Shown here: positions 36,647 to 52,179 of the stretch, one piece after another
Numbering within the stretch: the stretch's first letter is position 1
Layout of the letters: each line of letters starts with the position of its first letter
Assembly: GCA_028826165.1 (NCBI GenBank)
Contig: JAPDFW010000068.1
Location: 186,001-250,000, forward strand
Origin: Anaeramoeba ignava BMAN
Lineage: Eukaryota > Protista > Anaeramoebae
Reading direction: 5' to 3'
DNA length: 64,000 nt
The notes under the pieces: generated by a model
Told to the model about the DNA's origin: nothing
The model's input: the letters and a program-made list of their open reading frames with translations, nothing else
The model's database searches: none
Program-made: the position numbers and the translations under genes

Positions 36647-39087
36647 ATGTTCAATCAAAATAATTTATCCTTTTTTTTTGGAAGAAATCAAGCACCAATC
36701 CTTTTTAAAAATGAATCAAAGAAAATAAAAAAACCAAAACAATTTAAATTTGAAAATGGAGAATTAAAACTTTTAAATAACGAAATAAATCTAATTCCAA
36801 TTAAAGTCGAATATATAGAACCAGAAAAAATATTTTACAAATGTGAACCAATTGAAAATCAAAATGAAATTGAAAATCAAAATGAAAATCAAAATGAAAC
36901 TGAAAATCAAAATCAAATTGAAAATCAAAATCAAAATCAAAATAAAAATCAAATTGAAAATCAAAATCAAATTGAAAATCAAAATCAAATTGAAAATCAA
37001 AATCAAATTGAAAATCAAAATCAAAATGAAAATCAAAATAAAAATCAAAATCAAAATCAAAATCAAAATCAAAATCAAAATCAAAATCAAAATCAAAATT
37101 GAAAATAAAAATGAAACTGAAAATCAAAATCAAATTGAAAATGAAAATCAAAATCAAAATCAAATTGAAAATCAAAATCAAATTGAAAATGAAAATCAAA
37201 ATCAAAATCAAATTGAAAATAAAAATGAAACTGAAAATCAAAATCAAATTGAAAATCAAAATAAAAATCAAAATCAAAATCAAAATCAAATTCAAAATGA
37301 AAATCAAATTCAAAATCAAAATCAAATTCAAAATGAAAATGAAAATGAAAATGAAAATGAAAAACAAATTAAGCAAATTTCATCATGTTATTTTTCAACA
37401 ATTTTCCTTTTTAAAAATGGAAAAGCAATAGAATATTTAAGTAATGAATATTCAAATCAAAATCCTCAAAAAATCCAAATTGAAAATATTCAAAAAGTAT
37501 CTGTTGGTTTTCGAAATGAAACTATTTTAACAATAGAAGGAAATGTATTTGCCAAAGGAAAAGATATTAATTCAAAAAATACAAATGAATTTATCAATAT
37601 TTCATCATTAATTGAAGATACAAATGATAGAATAATTCAAGATATTGTTTCTGGATCTTTTTCAATTTACTTATTAACTTCAAATCAAAATGCTTATGGA
37701 ATTGGTTTAAATAATTTTGGCCAACTTGGTTTTGATTCTGAAACACTTAAAGAAACAAAAAAACCAATTTTAATAATGAAAAATGTTTCTAAAATATCTT
37801 CAGGAAATTCTTCACATCATGTTTTTCTTTTAAATTCAAATCAAGAATTATTTGGATGCGGATATAATCAATTTGGTCAACTTGGATTAGGAGAATCAAT
37901 AAAAGAAAAAGAAAAAATCCAAAAATTAACCAAAATCCAAAATATTCCAAAAGGTAAAATAATTGATATTCAATGTGGAGGTTTCCATTCAATAATGCTG
38001 ATTGAAAATGAAAATGAAAATCCAAAAAGAAAACTTTATTCATGTGGAAATTATCATTATAATGGACTTGGCAAAGAAGGAGATACTTATGAATTTACTG
38101 AAATCAAATCACCTTTTTTTGAAAATGATGATAATATTCTTGATTTTTCCGTTGGATATACACATAATTTAATTTTAACAACAGAAGGGAGAGTGATAGG
38201 ATTTGGAGATAATTTATATGGTGAATTAGGAACTGGAAATACAAATCATCAATTAATTCCAATCCAAATTGAACTTCCTGAATTAATATTTAATAAATAT
38301 ATTTTCAATTATCATATTTCTTGTGGATATTTCAATTCATTTATTTATTGCCCTTCTTCTTTTTCCAATCTTGAAGAAGATTTGATAAAACTATTCCGAA
38401 GAAAAGAATTTTGTGATATTTCATTTAAAACAGAAAATGGAGAAATAATCAAAGCTCATAAATTAATATTGAAATATAGATTAAATCAAAATCAAAATCA
38501 AATTGAAAAACTTCAAGAAATTATTTCAACTAAATCAATTAAAGAATCAAATCAAATATTTGAAATGATTTATTCAAACAGAATAATAAACCCAAAATTA
38601 TATTCTGAAATTAAAGAAATTATAAATTCTAATGAAAAAATTGAAGAAACAATGAAAAGAATTTATTTAAATGAAAATGAAAATGAAAATGAAAATGAAA
38701 ATGAAAAAGATTTTATAATTGAAAGAAAAGAAAAACAATATAAATTTCCCAAATTAATATTAATAATGAGAAGTGAATTATATCGAGGAATGTTTTTATC
38801 TGTAACAAATGATACTTCTAATAAAGTTACAGATTATAGTGAATTAAGTAATAAATCATTTCAAATATTAGAATATTGGATTTATTCAAATCAAATTAAA
38901 AAAGGAATTAAAATTACACAAAGAAATGATTAATGAAATTAAAATTGGAATTGATTATTTTCAATTAAATCAAACAAATCCAAATTTATTTGATTTATTA
39001 ATTATCAAATTTAATCATCAAAATGAAAATTACAAAACTAAAGAAGGATATATTCCAATCCACATTCAATATATAAATCAAAATTAA
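36647..39087 (+). CDS. RCC1-BTB protein, copy 5, with a unique N-terminal insertion and long NQ/NE tract (frameshifts near 37099 and 38921)
   Basis: MFNQNNLSFFFGRNQ start, RCC1 blades and BTB segments homologous to copies 1-4. The corrected frame ends ...HQNENYKTKEGYIPIHIQYINQN* at 39087. Confidence 0.8.
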
Positions 39088-39357
39088 AATCAAAATTAAA
39101 ATTAAAATTAAAATTAAAATTAAAATTAAAATTAAAATTAAAATTAAAATTAAAATTAAAATTAAATTTAAAATTTAAAATCAAAATTAAAATCAAAATT
39201 AAAATCAAAATTAAAATCAAAATTAAAATTAAAATTAAAATTAAAATTAAAATCAAAATTAAAATCAAAATTAAAATTAAAATTAAAATTAAAATTAAAA
39301 TTAAAATCAAAATCAAAAATTCATTTTTTCATTTTTTCATTTTTTTTCTTTTTAAAA

Positions 39358-41141
39358 ATGAATGAAATTTTATTTTTTGGAAGAAATGTTATTCCAATTA
39401 TTATCAAAAATGAACCGAATATAATAACAAAACCAATTCAATTTAAATTTGAAAATGAAAATGAAAATAAAAATGAAAAACAAATTAAACAAATTTCATC
39501 AGGTTATTTTTCAACAATTTTCCTTTTTAAAAATGGAAAAGCAATAGAATATTTATATGAAAATGATTCAAAACAAAATCCTGAAAAATCCAAATTGAAG
39601 AAAATATTCAAAAAGTAACTGTTGGTGAAGATAATGAAACTATTTTAACAATAGAAGGAAATGTATTTGCCAAAGGAAAAGATATTAATTCAAAAAACCC
39701 AAATGAATTTATCAATATTTCATCATTAATTGAAGATAAAAATGATAGAATAATTGAAGATATTGTTTCTGGATATAATTCAATTTACTTATTAACTTCA
39801 AATCAAAATGTTTATGGAATTGGTTCAAATGAATATGGTCAACTTGGTTTTGATTCTAAAACACTTCCAAAAACAGAAAAACCAATTTTAATAATGAAAA
39901 ATATTTCTAAAATATTTTCAGGAATTTCTTCAAATCATGTTTTTCTTTTAAATTCAAATCAAGAATTGTTTGTATGTGGTGGTAATTACAATTCTAAATT
40001 TGGATTAGGAGAATCAAGAAAAGAATTAAAAATCCAAAAATTAACCAAAATCCAAAATATTCCAAAAGGTAAAATAATTGATATTCAATGTGGATTCTCT
40101 TTCTCAATAATGTTGATTGAAAATGAAAATGAAAATCCAAAAAGAAAACTTTATTCATGTGGAAATTATGAATTAAACGGACTTGGCAAATATGGGGATA
40201 CTGATGAATTTACTGAAATCAAATCATATTTATTTGAAAATGATGATGATATTCTTGATTTTTCTTGTGGAAATAGACATACTTTGATTTTAACTTCCAG
40301 AATGATGATAGGATTTGGAGATAATTTTTATGGTCAATTAGGAACTGGAGATACAAATAATCAATTAATTCCTATTCAAATTGAACTTCCTAAATTAATA
40401 TTTAATGAAGATATTTCCAATTATCGTATTCTTTGTAGAAATGAAAAATCATTTCTTTATTATTCTCCTCCTTCTTTTTCCAATCTTGAAGAAGATTTGA
40501 TAAAATTATTTGAAAGAAAAGAATTTTGTGATACTTCATTTAAAACAAAAAATGGAGAAATAATTGAAGCTCATAAATTAATATTGAAATATAGATTAAA
40601 TCAAAATGAAAATCAAAATCAAAATCAAAATGAAATTGAAAAACTTAAAGAAATTATTTCAAATAAATCAATTAAAGAATCAAATCAAATATTTGAAATG
40701 ATTTATTCAAACAGAATAATAAATCCAGTATTATATTCTGAAATTAAAGAAATTATAAATTTAAATGAAAAAATTGAAGAAACAATGAAAAGAATTTATT
40801 TAAATGAAAATGAAAATGAAAAAGATTTTATAATTGAAAGAAAAGAAAAACAATATAAATTTCCTAAATTAATATTAATAATGAGAAGTGAATTATATCG
40901 AGGAATGTTTTTATCTGTAACAGAAGATAAATCAAATAAAGTTACAGATTATAGTGAATTAAGTAATAAATCATTCCAAATATTTGAATATTGGATTTAT
41001 TCAAATCAAATTAAAGATGAAATTCAAATTACAAAAGAAATCATTAATGAATTAGAAACAGGAATTGATTATTTTCAATTAAATCAAACAAATCCAAATT
41101 TATTTGATTTATTAATTAAGAAATTTAAAAATCAAAATTAA
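39358..41141 (+). CDS. RCC1-BTB protein, copy 6 (single A-run frameshift near 39585)
   Basis: MNEILFFGRN start; colinear with the other copies; intact 415-aa 3' ORF. Confidence 0.82.
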
Positions 41142-41570
41142 AATTAAAATCAAAATTAAAATTAAAATCAAAATTAAAATTAAAATTAAAATTAAAATTA
41201 AAATTAAAATTAAAATTAAAATCAAAATTAAAATCAAAATCAAAATTAAAATCAAAATTAAAATTAAAATCAAAATTAAAATTAAAATTAAAATCAAAAT
41301 TAAAATTAAAATTAAAATTAAAATTAAAATCAAAATTAAAATTAAAATTAAAATTAAAATTAAAATTAAAATCAAAATTAAAATTAAAATTAAAATTAAA
41401 ATTAAAATTAAAATTAAAATTAAAATCAAAATTAAAATCAAAATCAAAATCAAAATCAAAATTAAAATTTAAAATTAAAATTAAAATTAAAATTAAAATC
41501 AAAATTAAAATCAAAATCAAAATCAAAATTAAAATTTAAAATTAAAATTAAAATTAAAATTAAAATCAAA
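41141..41570. repeat. (AAAATT/AAAATC)n hexamer microsatellite
   Basis: About 430 bp pure array beginning at the stop codon. Confidence 0.95.
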
Positions 41571-41690
41571 ACTATTTAAAAAATTTGATTTGGATTTGGA
41601 TTTTATTTTTTGCTTTTCAAAAAAAAAAGAAAAGAAAAAAGAAATCCATTTGAAGAAGAAATTCAAAAAAGAAATGATTTAGATTGAAAT

Positions 41691-42830
<1,140 letters not shown>

Positions 42831-43282
42831 TTAAAATAAAAATTGAAAAGATTAGATTTTTTCTTTTTGTGAAATTTTTAATCATTTGAAAAAAAAATTT
42901 TTTTTTCCTTACAAAATTGTTTAATCAAAAAAAAAATTAATCTTGTTAAAGAATAATGAATTTCCTTAAATGAAATTTTTTTTTTCTTTTATTTTCTTTT
43001 TTTAGTCATTTTAGCATAATTTTTTTTGAGAGTTTTTTCTCTTTTTTATTGTTTTATCAAATAACCATTTTAAATAAAATTTTAACTATTTTGATTTAGA
43101 ATTCTTTATTAATTTCTTTTTTTTTCTTTTGATCTCTTTAATTGTTTTTTTTTTGCTTTCTTTGAAAGAAAAAAATTAAATCAATTTAATTAATATTAAT
43201 TTGTAATTTCTATTAAATTTTTCATTTCAAATTGAGTTTGTTTGATTAAAAATTAAATTAAAATAAAATTAAAATTTTTTGT

Positions 43283-44746
43283 TTAAATAAAATAAGTCTC
43301 AACTTCATCAACAATCCATTCATTATAAGAACCAGCTAAATAATTTTTAGCTTGATTTTTTCCTAATTTAACTTCATTAGGCAAATTGTAGGCATATCCT
43401 AAAGCTGAAAAACCAGGTTGTAATTTAGAATTTAAATATATATCAAAACCTGATCCAAAAACTGGACCTCTATCATCATACCAATATTCAATTGCATTTT
43501 CTTCTTTTCCTTTTTTAATTGTAAGTTTCTCTGGTTTTCGATCATTCTTATCATTTCTTAATGAAAAAATAAATGCATTTGGATCAATAATGAAACCATT
43601 TTTGTTTTTTCTCGATGTTTTTTCCCATTTTGATTTATCAGTCGTAAATCCAACTTGAGTAAATCCTCCAAAAATAAAGTTATCTAGTGTTTTGATAATA
43701 ACTAATGTTTTTCCTTTATTATCACAAATATCATGCCATTTTTTAGAATTGAATCCATCTCTTATTGCTGAAAATCCCAATTTCATTTTGCAAAAGAAAT
43801 CATTATCATTGATCCATTCTTTTAATTTCTTGAAATGTTGTATATCTTGAATAATTGCTGATTTAAATCTTATCCTTGGTTTGAAAATGAATGAATTTTC
43901 TTCTTCAATAAATTCATTCAATTCTTTTTTATCATTTTCATTCTGAAGTTTTTGGAATTGAATTAATTTTTGTGAAATTTGGTTTGGAATTAAATCTTCT
44001 TTCAAAATATCTTCAATTTCTTGTTTTGTAAAATCAATAAATCTGATTTTATCAATAAGATTGGAAATTTGATTTTCTAATTTTTCTTTTTCTTCTTTAT
44101 TCAGTTCTTGGTTTTCTTTTTCTTGATTAATATTTAATTTATGTTTTCCCCATTTTATTATTGATTGAAAAAGTTCAAATTCATTTGAAAAAATATCATC
44201 ATTTGATAATATTGAATTTAAATGATTTTCTTCAAGTTCAAGAAAAAATGGAGTTTTGATGAATTCTTCAAAATTTTCAGAAATAAATTGATAAGAAAAA
44301 TCCAATAATTCATTTAAGTTCATTGATTCAGATAATTTAAGAACATCAATAACAGTTTCAATTTGTAAATTCTTTTGAATAAAATTTGAAGAAAAATGAA
44401 TTAATTCATCAATGAAATATTTTGAAGAAAACAATAAAATTTGAATTGCATTTTCTAAATTAATTTCAATTTTTCCTGAATAAAAATAATTCAAAATTGG
44501 AGATAGAATTGAACTTGAAAAATCTTTTAGAATCATTTTATTTTCTTGATATTCTTTCATTTTGGAATTGAAAAGGGATTTAAAATAATGACTTCTTGAA
44601 GAAAGAATTGATTTATGAGTTTTAAATGAAATTTGATTTTGTTCACAAATTATTTCAAAATCAAAATAACTTTCTTCTTCTTTTTGATTTTGAAATAAAT
44701 TTTTAAAATCATTTGAAAGTTTTTCTAAATTTAAATAAGTTTCCAT
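43283..44746 (-). CDS. BTB-BACK-TLDc domain protein
   Basis: Likely start METYLN at 44746. BTB: FDFEIIC...HKSILSSRSHYFKSLF. BACK: EFELFQSIIKW. TLDc: GFSAIRDGF...FIFGGFT...FIFSL...VDEVETY. Confidence 0.88.
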   Translation of the reverse strand: METYLNLEKLSNDFKNLFQNQKEEESYFDFEIICEQNQISFKTHKSILSSRSHYFKSLFNSKMKEYQENKMILKDFSSSILSPILNYFYSGKIEINLENAIQILLFSSKYFIDELIHFSSNFIQKNLQIETVIDVLKLSESMNLNELLDFSYQFISENFEEFIKTPFFLELEENHLNSILSNDDIFSNEFELFQSIIKWGKHKLNINQEKENQELNKEEKEKLENQISNLIDKIRFIDFTKQEIEDILKEDLIPNQISQKLIQFQKLQNENDKKELNEFIEEENSFIFKPRIRFKSAIIQDIQHFKKLKEWINDNDFFCKMKLGFSAIRDGFNSKKWHDICDNKGKTLVIIKTLDNFIFGGFTQVGFTTDKSKWEKTSRKNKNGFIIDPNAFIFSLRNDKNDRKPEKLTIKKGKEENAIEYWYDDRGPVFGSGFDIYLNSKLQPGFSALGYAYNLPNEVKLGKNQAKNYLAGSYNEWIVDEVETYFI

Positions 44747-44937
44747 TTTTAAATAAAAATTTGAAATGAAAAAAATGAAAAAAATTAAAATTAAAATCAA
44801 AATCAAAACTATTTAAAAAATTTGATTTGGATTTGGATTTTATTTTTTGCTTTTCAAAAAAAAAAATTGATTTGGGAATTGATTTAAAAATTCAAAAAAA
44901 ATTGATTTGAATTTTAAAAATTGGAAAGGATTTAAAT

Positions 44938-46113
<1,176 letters not shown>

Positions 46114-47468
46114 TTAATTTTTGGATAATAGAATTTTTTTCCTTACAAAAATTTTTAAATCAAAAAATTAATCTTGTTAAAGAATAATGAATTTCCTTAA
46201 AAGAAATTTTTTTTTTCTTTTATTTTCTTTTTTTAGTCATTTTAGCATAATTTTTTTTGAGAGTTTTTTCTCTTTTTTATTGTTTTATCAAATAATAATT
46301 TTAAATAAAATTTTAACTATTTTGATTTAGAATTCTTTATTAATTTCTTTTTTTTTTCTTTTGATCTCTTTAATTGTTTTTTTTTTGCTTTCTTTGAAAA
46401 GTTGTTTCTCTTATTGATTTGGGAATCAAAAAAATCCAAATATTGGTCTCTTGAAAAAAAAAAATTCAAAGAAGTTATTCAATTCAAAAAATTTTGGATA
46501 TATATTATTGAAATTTCTAAAAGGAATTTAAAAAGTGTTAATAATAAAAATTTTCTCCAAAACTTCATTTACTTCAGATTATTAACTTTAATAAGAAAAT
46601 ATAATTAAACTTTCTTTTCAAAATTTAATAAACTTTTCTAATTAATTTTATTTCCAAAATGAAATGGAAAATATTAAACAAATTAATTTGAAAATAAAAA
46701 TAGGATCCTGTTTAAAGTTTAATTTTAAATTAAATAATAATTCAAACAATTTAAAAAATTTGATATAAATTAAATCAAAATATTTATTAATAAAATATAA
46801 TTATTTTTGAATTAAAAAGTATTAATTTAATTTATAAATTAATTTAAAAATATAATTTAATATTTAGTTTTATTATTGAAATAATAATTTATTGTTTTAA
46901 ATTTAAATATTTTATTATTAAAATATTTAAACATATAAATATAAAAATGAAAATAGATTTAATTTAATATTTAATTTATAAATTAATTTAAAAATATAAT
47001 TTAATATTTAATTTTATTATTAAAATAATAATTCAATGTTTTAGATTTAAATATTTTATTATTTAAAAATATTTTGAAAATTGATTTTTGAAATTAAAAT
47101 TTTATCTTTTTGAATTAAATTGAATTAATATTAATTTGGAAATTTGTTTTTAAATTTAAATTTATTAATAATTTTTAAATTCCAAAAAAATTAAATTAAA
47201 AATTAAATTAAAATAATTTTCCTTTTTTTTTTAATAATAAAAATTAATAAAAAATAATAATAATTTATTAATAAATTAATTTAAAATAATAAATTAAAAA
47301 GAAAATTAAATTAATTATTAATTTAAATTTATTCTCATTTTTTATATTTTTATTTATTTTCAAAATCCACTTTTTTTATTCATTTTTTTTTTGCTTTTTT
47401 TTTTTCATTTTTCCTTTTTCTTTAAAAAACAAAAAACAAAACACAAAAAAACAAAAACAAAAAACAAA

Positions 47469-49076
47469 ATGGATAATAATGATAATAACCAAATTCAAAA
47501 TGCAAATCAAAATCAAAATGAAAATGAAATGAAAAATTTAGAAAAAAAAGTAACAAAAAATTTAATTAAAAATTATTCAAACCTTTTAAATGGAAATTCA
47601 TTTACTGATTTTTCAATTTTTGTTGAGAATAAATCAAATCCTTTTGAAATTAAAGTTCATAAATCAATTTTATCTTCAAGATCTCCTTTTTTTAATAAGT
47701 TTTTAAGAGAAGAAAAATATCCTTATTCTATTTCTTTAAATCAATTTAATAAAAAAGAAATAGAATCAATTTTGAGTTATATTTATTATGGAAATATTTC
47801 TTTTGAGAATCAAGAAAATCTTATTGAATTATTAGAAATTTCAATTTATTTTAAATTAAATTTATTGAAAGAAATTATTGAAAAAAAAATTTCAAATTCA
47901 ATTAATTATTCAAATTTTTTCCAATTTTTATTCCAAAATCGAAATTTAAAATTAAATGAAATTGAAATAAAATGTTTTGAATTAATAAATCAAAATTTTT
48001 CCCAAATTCAGAATAATGAGAACTTATTCAATTTAACTAAAGAAGAAATTAACAAATTTATTCAATTTAAACAAGAAAAAAAAGAAATTTTTCAATTTGA
48101 TTTTTTTCAATTTTTAAATAATTGGATTGAAAAAAGAAATCAAAGATTAAAAGGAAAGAAAGAAAAAGAAAAAGAAAAAGAAAAGGGAATTGAAAAGAAA
48201 AGATTATTTCATTCTTTTTTTTCATTATTTAATCAAGATTCAATTTCAAAACAAGATTTTGATAAATTCAAACAATTTGATATTTTTCCAAATTCTTTTT
48301 TAATTGATATTCAAAACAAAGTTATTCAAGACAAAGATAAGGAAATTGAAAATAAAGAGAAGGAAAATCAACAAATGAAAATTGAAATTGAAGGTAAATG
48401 GAAGAAAGAAGTTGAAGAGAAAAACAAAGAAAATCAACAAATGCAAATTGAAATTGAAGATAAATGGAAGAAAGAGGTTGAGAAAATGAAGCAGCAAATG
48501 GAATTCCAAAAGATTTTTCCAGAAACAAAAATTATTACAGAAGAAGAATATGCTAAGAAATTAAAAGAATGGATAAATGATAATGATTTTTTTTCTAAAA
48601 TGAAAAAAGGATTTTCAGCAAAAAGAGATGGATTTTCTTCTAAAATTTGGCATAAAGCAGTTGATGGGCAAGGAAAAACATTAGTTCTTATCAAAACAAA
48701 AGATAATTTTATTTTTGGAGGTTTTACTCAAGTTGGATTTAAACATGTTCAAACAGGTGGAGAATGGATTAAAGATTCAAATGCATTTATTTTTTCATTA
48801 AGAAATGATAAAGGGGATAGAAAACCAGAAAAGTTTACAATTAAAAAAGGAGAAGAACCATATGCAATTCATTCCCATTATACTTATTATGGTCCATTAT
48901 TTGGTCGTGGAGCTGATTTTCGTTTAGTTTCTAATTTACAACCTGGTTATTCAAATTTTGGTTATAGTTATAATCTACCTAATGGAATTATTTGGAATCC
49001 AAATGAAGCTCAAAGTTATTTAGCTGGTTCTTATAATAAATGGGTTGTTGATGAACTTGAAACTTATTTCATTTAA
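47469..49076 (+). CDS. BTB + coiled-coil + TLDc domain protein
   Basis: Likely start MDNNDNN at 47469; FTDFSIFV...VHKSILSSRSPFF; duplicated ENQQM.IEIE.KWKKEVE coil; TLDc C-terminus similar to 43283-44746. Confidence 0.88.
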   Translation: MDNNDNNQIQNANQNQNENEMKNLEKKVTKNLIKNYSNLLNGNSFTDFSIFVENKSNPFEIKVHKSILSSRSPFFNKFLREEKYPYSISLNQFNKKEIESILSYIYYGNISFENQENLIELLEISIYFKLNLLKEIIEKKISNSINYSNFFQFLFQNRNLKLNEIEIKCFELINQNFSQIQNNENLFNLTKEEINKFIQFKQEKKEIFQFDFFQFLNNWIEKRNQRLKGKKEKEKEKEKGIEKKRLFHSFFSLFNQDSISKQDFDKFKQFDIFPNSFLIDIQNKVIQDKDKEIENKEKENQQMKIEIEGKWKKEVEEKNKENQQMQIEIEDKWKKEVEKMKQQMEFQKIFPETKIITEEEYAKKLKEWINDNDFFSKMKKGFSAKRDGFSSKIWHKAVDGQGKTLVLIKTKDNFIFGGFTQVGFKHVQTGGEWIKDSNAFIFSLRNDKGDRKPEKFTIKKGEEPYAIHSHYTYYGPLFGRGADFRLVSNLQPGYSNFGYSYNLPNGIIWNPNEAQSYLAGSYNKWVVDELETYFI

Positions 49077-50127
49077 AAACTTTTTTTTAATTTTTTTTTT
49101 CAAAATTTAATTCAATTTTAATTTACTTTTAATCAAATTAATTTCTTTAAAACAATAAATAAGAAACAAATTTAATTTTAAATAATCTAATTTTAATTTA
49201 AAATATTTATTAAAAATTTAATTAATAAAAAATAATCCAAAAAAAAAAATAATAAATTTTAAAAAATTGAATATTTTTAATATAATAAATAAAAATAAAA
49301 ATTGAAAATAGAAATTAATAATAATTAAATTTAAATTCATTAATTAAAATATTAAAATAAAAAAAAATCAAATAAAATTTATTATTAATTAATATTTAAA
49401 TATTAATAAATTATAATCAAAATCAAAAATAGAATAATTAGTAAATTATTTTTTTTAGAAAGTTTATCTTATTCAATCATGTTAAATTCAATTTATTTAA
49501 AATTTTTTAATTTTTTAATTTTATTTTTAATATATTTTTATTATAATTAAAATTGGAATAATAAATAATTAAAAATATTAATATAATAAATAAAAATATT
49601 ATATTAAATTAAAATAAAATAAATTTAAATTAAATTATTATTAAATATTATTAAAATTAAATATTTATCTTTATTAAAATATTTATTCCACTTTTTTTAA
49701 TATATTTTATTATAATTAAAATTGGAATAATAAATAATTAAAAATATTAATATAATAAATAAAAATATTATATTAAATTAAAATAAAATAAATTTAAATT
49801 AAATTATTATTAAATATTATTAAAATTAAATATATATATTTATTAAAATATTTCAATTTTCTTTTAAATTTTATTTAATTATTGGGAATAATTTTATATT
49901 ATTTTAAATAAAGAAATATTAATAAAATATATAAAATAGAATTAATTTTAAATTTAATTATTTAATATTCTTTATTCCATTTTTGAAATAAATTAATTAA
50001 AATATTTTATTAATTTTATTAAATTATTGGTAATAATTTTATATTATTTTAAATAAAGAAATGTTAATAAAATATATAAAATATAATTAATTTTAAATTT
50101 AATTATTTAATATTCTTTATTCCATTT

Positions 50128-50424
50128 TTGAAATAAATTAATGAAAAAGATTTTATAATTGAAAGAAAAGAAAAACAATATAAATTTCCTAAATTAATAT
50201 TAATAATGAGAAGTGAATTATATCGAGGAATGTCTTTATCTGTAACAAATGATACTTCTAATAAATGAATTAAGTAATAAATCATTCCAAATATTTGAAT
50301 ATTGGATTTATTCAAATCAAATTAAAGATGAAATTGAAATTGGAATTGATTATTTTCAATTAAATCAAACAAATCCAAATTTATTTGATTTATTAATTAA
50401 GAAATTTAATAATCAAAATCAATA
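50128..50424 (+). pseudogene. 3' fragment of an RCC1-BTB gene with internal deletions
   Basis: Encodes ...NEKDFIIERKEKQYKFPKLILIMRSELYRGMSLSVTNDTSNK, then a deletion/frameshift, then IDYFQLNQTNPNLFDLLIKKFNNQNQ*. No upstream gene body. Confidence 0.85.
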
Positions 50425-50429
50425 AAAAA

Positions 50430-51105
50430 TGAGAATAGATTTAATTTAAAAATATAATTTAATATTTAATTTTATTATTGAAATAATAATTTAATGTTTT
50501 AGATTTAAATATTTTCTTTATTAAATATTTAACATAAAAATATGAAAAATAAGAATAAGTTTAATTTAATATTTAATTTATAAATTAATTTATAAATATA
50601 ATTTAATATTTAATTTTATTATTAAAATAATAATTTAATGTTTTAGATTTAAATATTTTATTATTAAAATATTTAACATATAAATATAAAAATAATAATA
50701 GATTTAATTTAATATTTAATTTATAAATTAATTTAAAAATATAATTTAATATTTAATTTTTATGTTTAAAATAATAATTTAATGTTTTAGATTTAAATAT
50801 TTTATTATTTAAAAATATTTAACATATAAATATAAAAATGGAAATAAATTTAATTTAATATTTAATTTAGAAATTAATTTAAAAATATAATTTAATATTT
50901 AATTTTATGTTTAAAATAATAATTTATTGTTTTAGATTTAAATATTTTATTATTTAAATATTTAACATATAAATATAAAAAATGAGAATAGATTTAATTT
51001 AATATTTAATTTATAAATTTATTTAAAAATATAATTTAATATTTAATTTTATGTTTATAATAATAATTTATTGTTTTAGATTTAAATATTTTATTATTTA
51101 AAAAT
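50430..51105. repeat. Tandem array of about 143-145 bp AT-rich units (4-5 copies); related copies at about 46830-47065
   Basis: The phrases AATATAATTTAATATTTAATTTT, GTTTTAGATTTAAATATTTT and TTTAACATATAAATATAAAAA recur with a period of about 145 bp. Confidence 0.8.
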
Positions 51106-51294
51106 GTTTTGAAAAAAAGGAGAAATTTATTATTTTTTTTTCTCCTTTACTTTTTTTTTTGTTCAATTTTTTGAAACAATTACTTTTGGATAATTTTTAT
51201 TTAAAAAGTCCAAAAAAAAAAACCAAAAAATTCATTTACCTTTTTTTATCTTTTTTTATCTTTTTTTATCATTTTTATTTACAAAAACAAACAA

Positions 51295-51954
51295 ATGCAT
51301 AAATTATTTTCACTTTCAAAACAAAATCAAACAGGAGGAGGAAAAACTGGACATCGAGTTTCAGCAGGAGAACTTAGAGTTCAAAAAGGTAAAAAACAAA
51401 CAAAAAAGAAAAACCATTTCTTTTTTAACAATCCAATTTTTTTTCCATTTTGTAATAAAAATAGATTTAGATGCTCTTGAACTTCCACCATCAACAAAAA
51501 TTGAATATCCAGACAAAGATGATATTCTTAACTTTAAAATTATAATGACTCCTCGAGAAGGAATTTACAAAGATGGAACTTTTACTTTTACTTTCCAAAT
51601 TTCAACTGAATATCCACATCAAGTTCCAAAAGTTCATTGTGATACTAAAATTTTTCATCCAAATATTGATACAGAAGGTCATATTTGTTTGAATATTTTG
51701 AGAGAAGGATGGTCACCAATTCTTACTTTAAATGCAGTTATTTTTGGTTTGGAATTTTTATTTCTTGTAAAAAAATCCAAAAAAAAAATAATCCAAAAAA
51801 AAAATAATCTAATTAATCTCTCTTTTATTTTCTTAAATAGGAACCTAATCCAGATGATCCTTTAAATAAAGAGGCTGCTAAACTTTTGAAATCAGATCGA
51901 TATCAATTTGAACAAAAAGCAAAAAGAGTTATGAGAGGAGATAACTATTATTAA
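51295..51954 (+). CDS. UBC12: NEDD8-conjugating enzyme Ubc12; exons 51295-51388, 51465-51766, 51841-51954
   Basis: MHKLFSL N-terminal docking peptide, SAGELRVQKD, FHPNIDTEGHICLNILREGWSP, EPNPDDPLNKEAA. Two GT-AG introns. Confidence 0.95.
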
Positions 51955-52179
51955 AAAAACTAACAATTTTTTTTTTCAAACAAGTTTTTCTTTTTTGATT
52001 TAAACTTATTTTTAAAAATAAAACCAATTTTGATTTTAATTTTGATTTTGATTTTGATTTTAATTTTAATTTTAATTTTAATTTTAATTTTAATTTTAAT
52101 TTTGATTTTAAATTTAATTTTAATTTTAATTTTAATTTTAATTTTAATTTTAATTTTAATTTTAATTTTAATTTTAATT

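Noticed and set aside
4813-41141. Programmed ribosomal frameshifting in RCC1-BTB copies and HPS1
   Set aside because: Breaks occur at different positions in each copy and mostly in homopolymers, which fits long-read consensus error or decay better.
697-41526. Many ORFs of type ILILIL, KIKIKI, FDFDF and MKIMKM
   Set aside because: They are translations of hexamer microsatellites or antisense/off-frame shadows of real genes.
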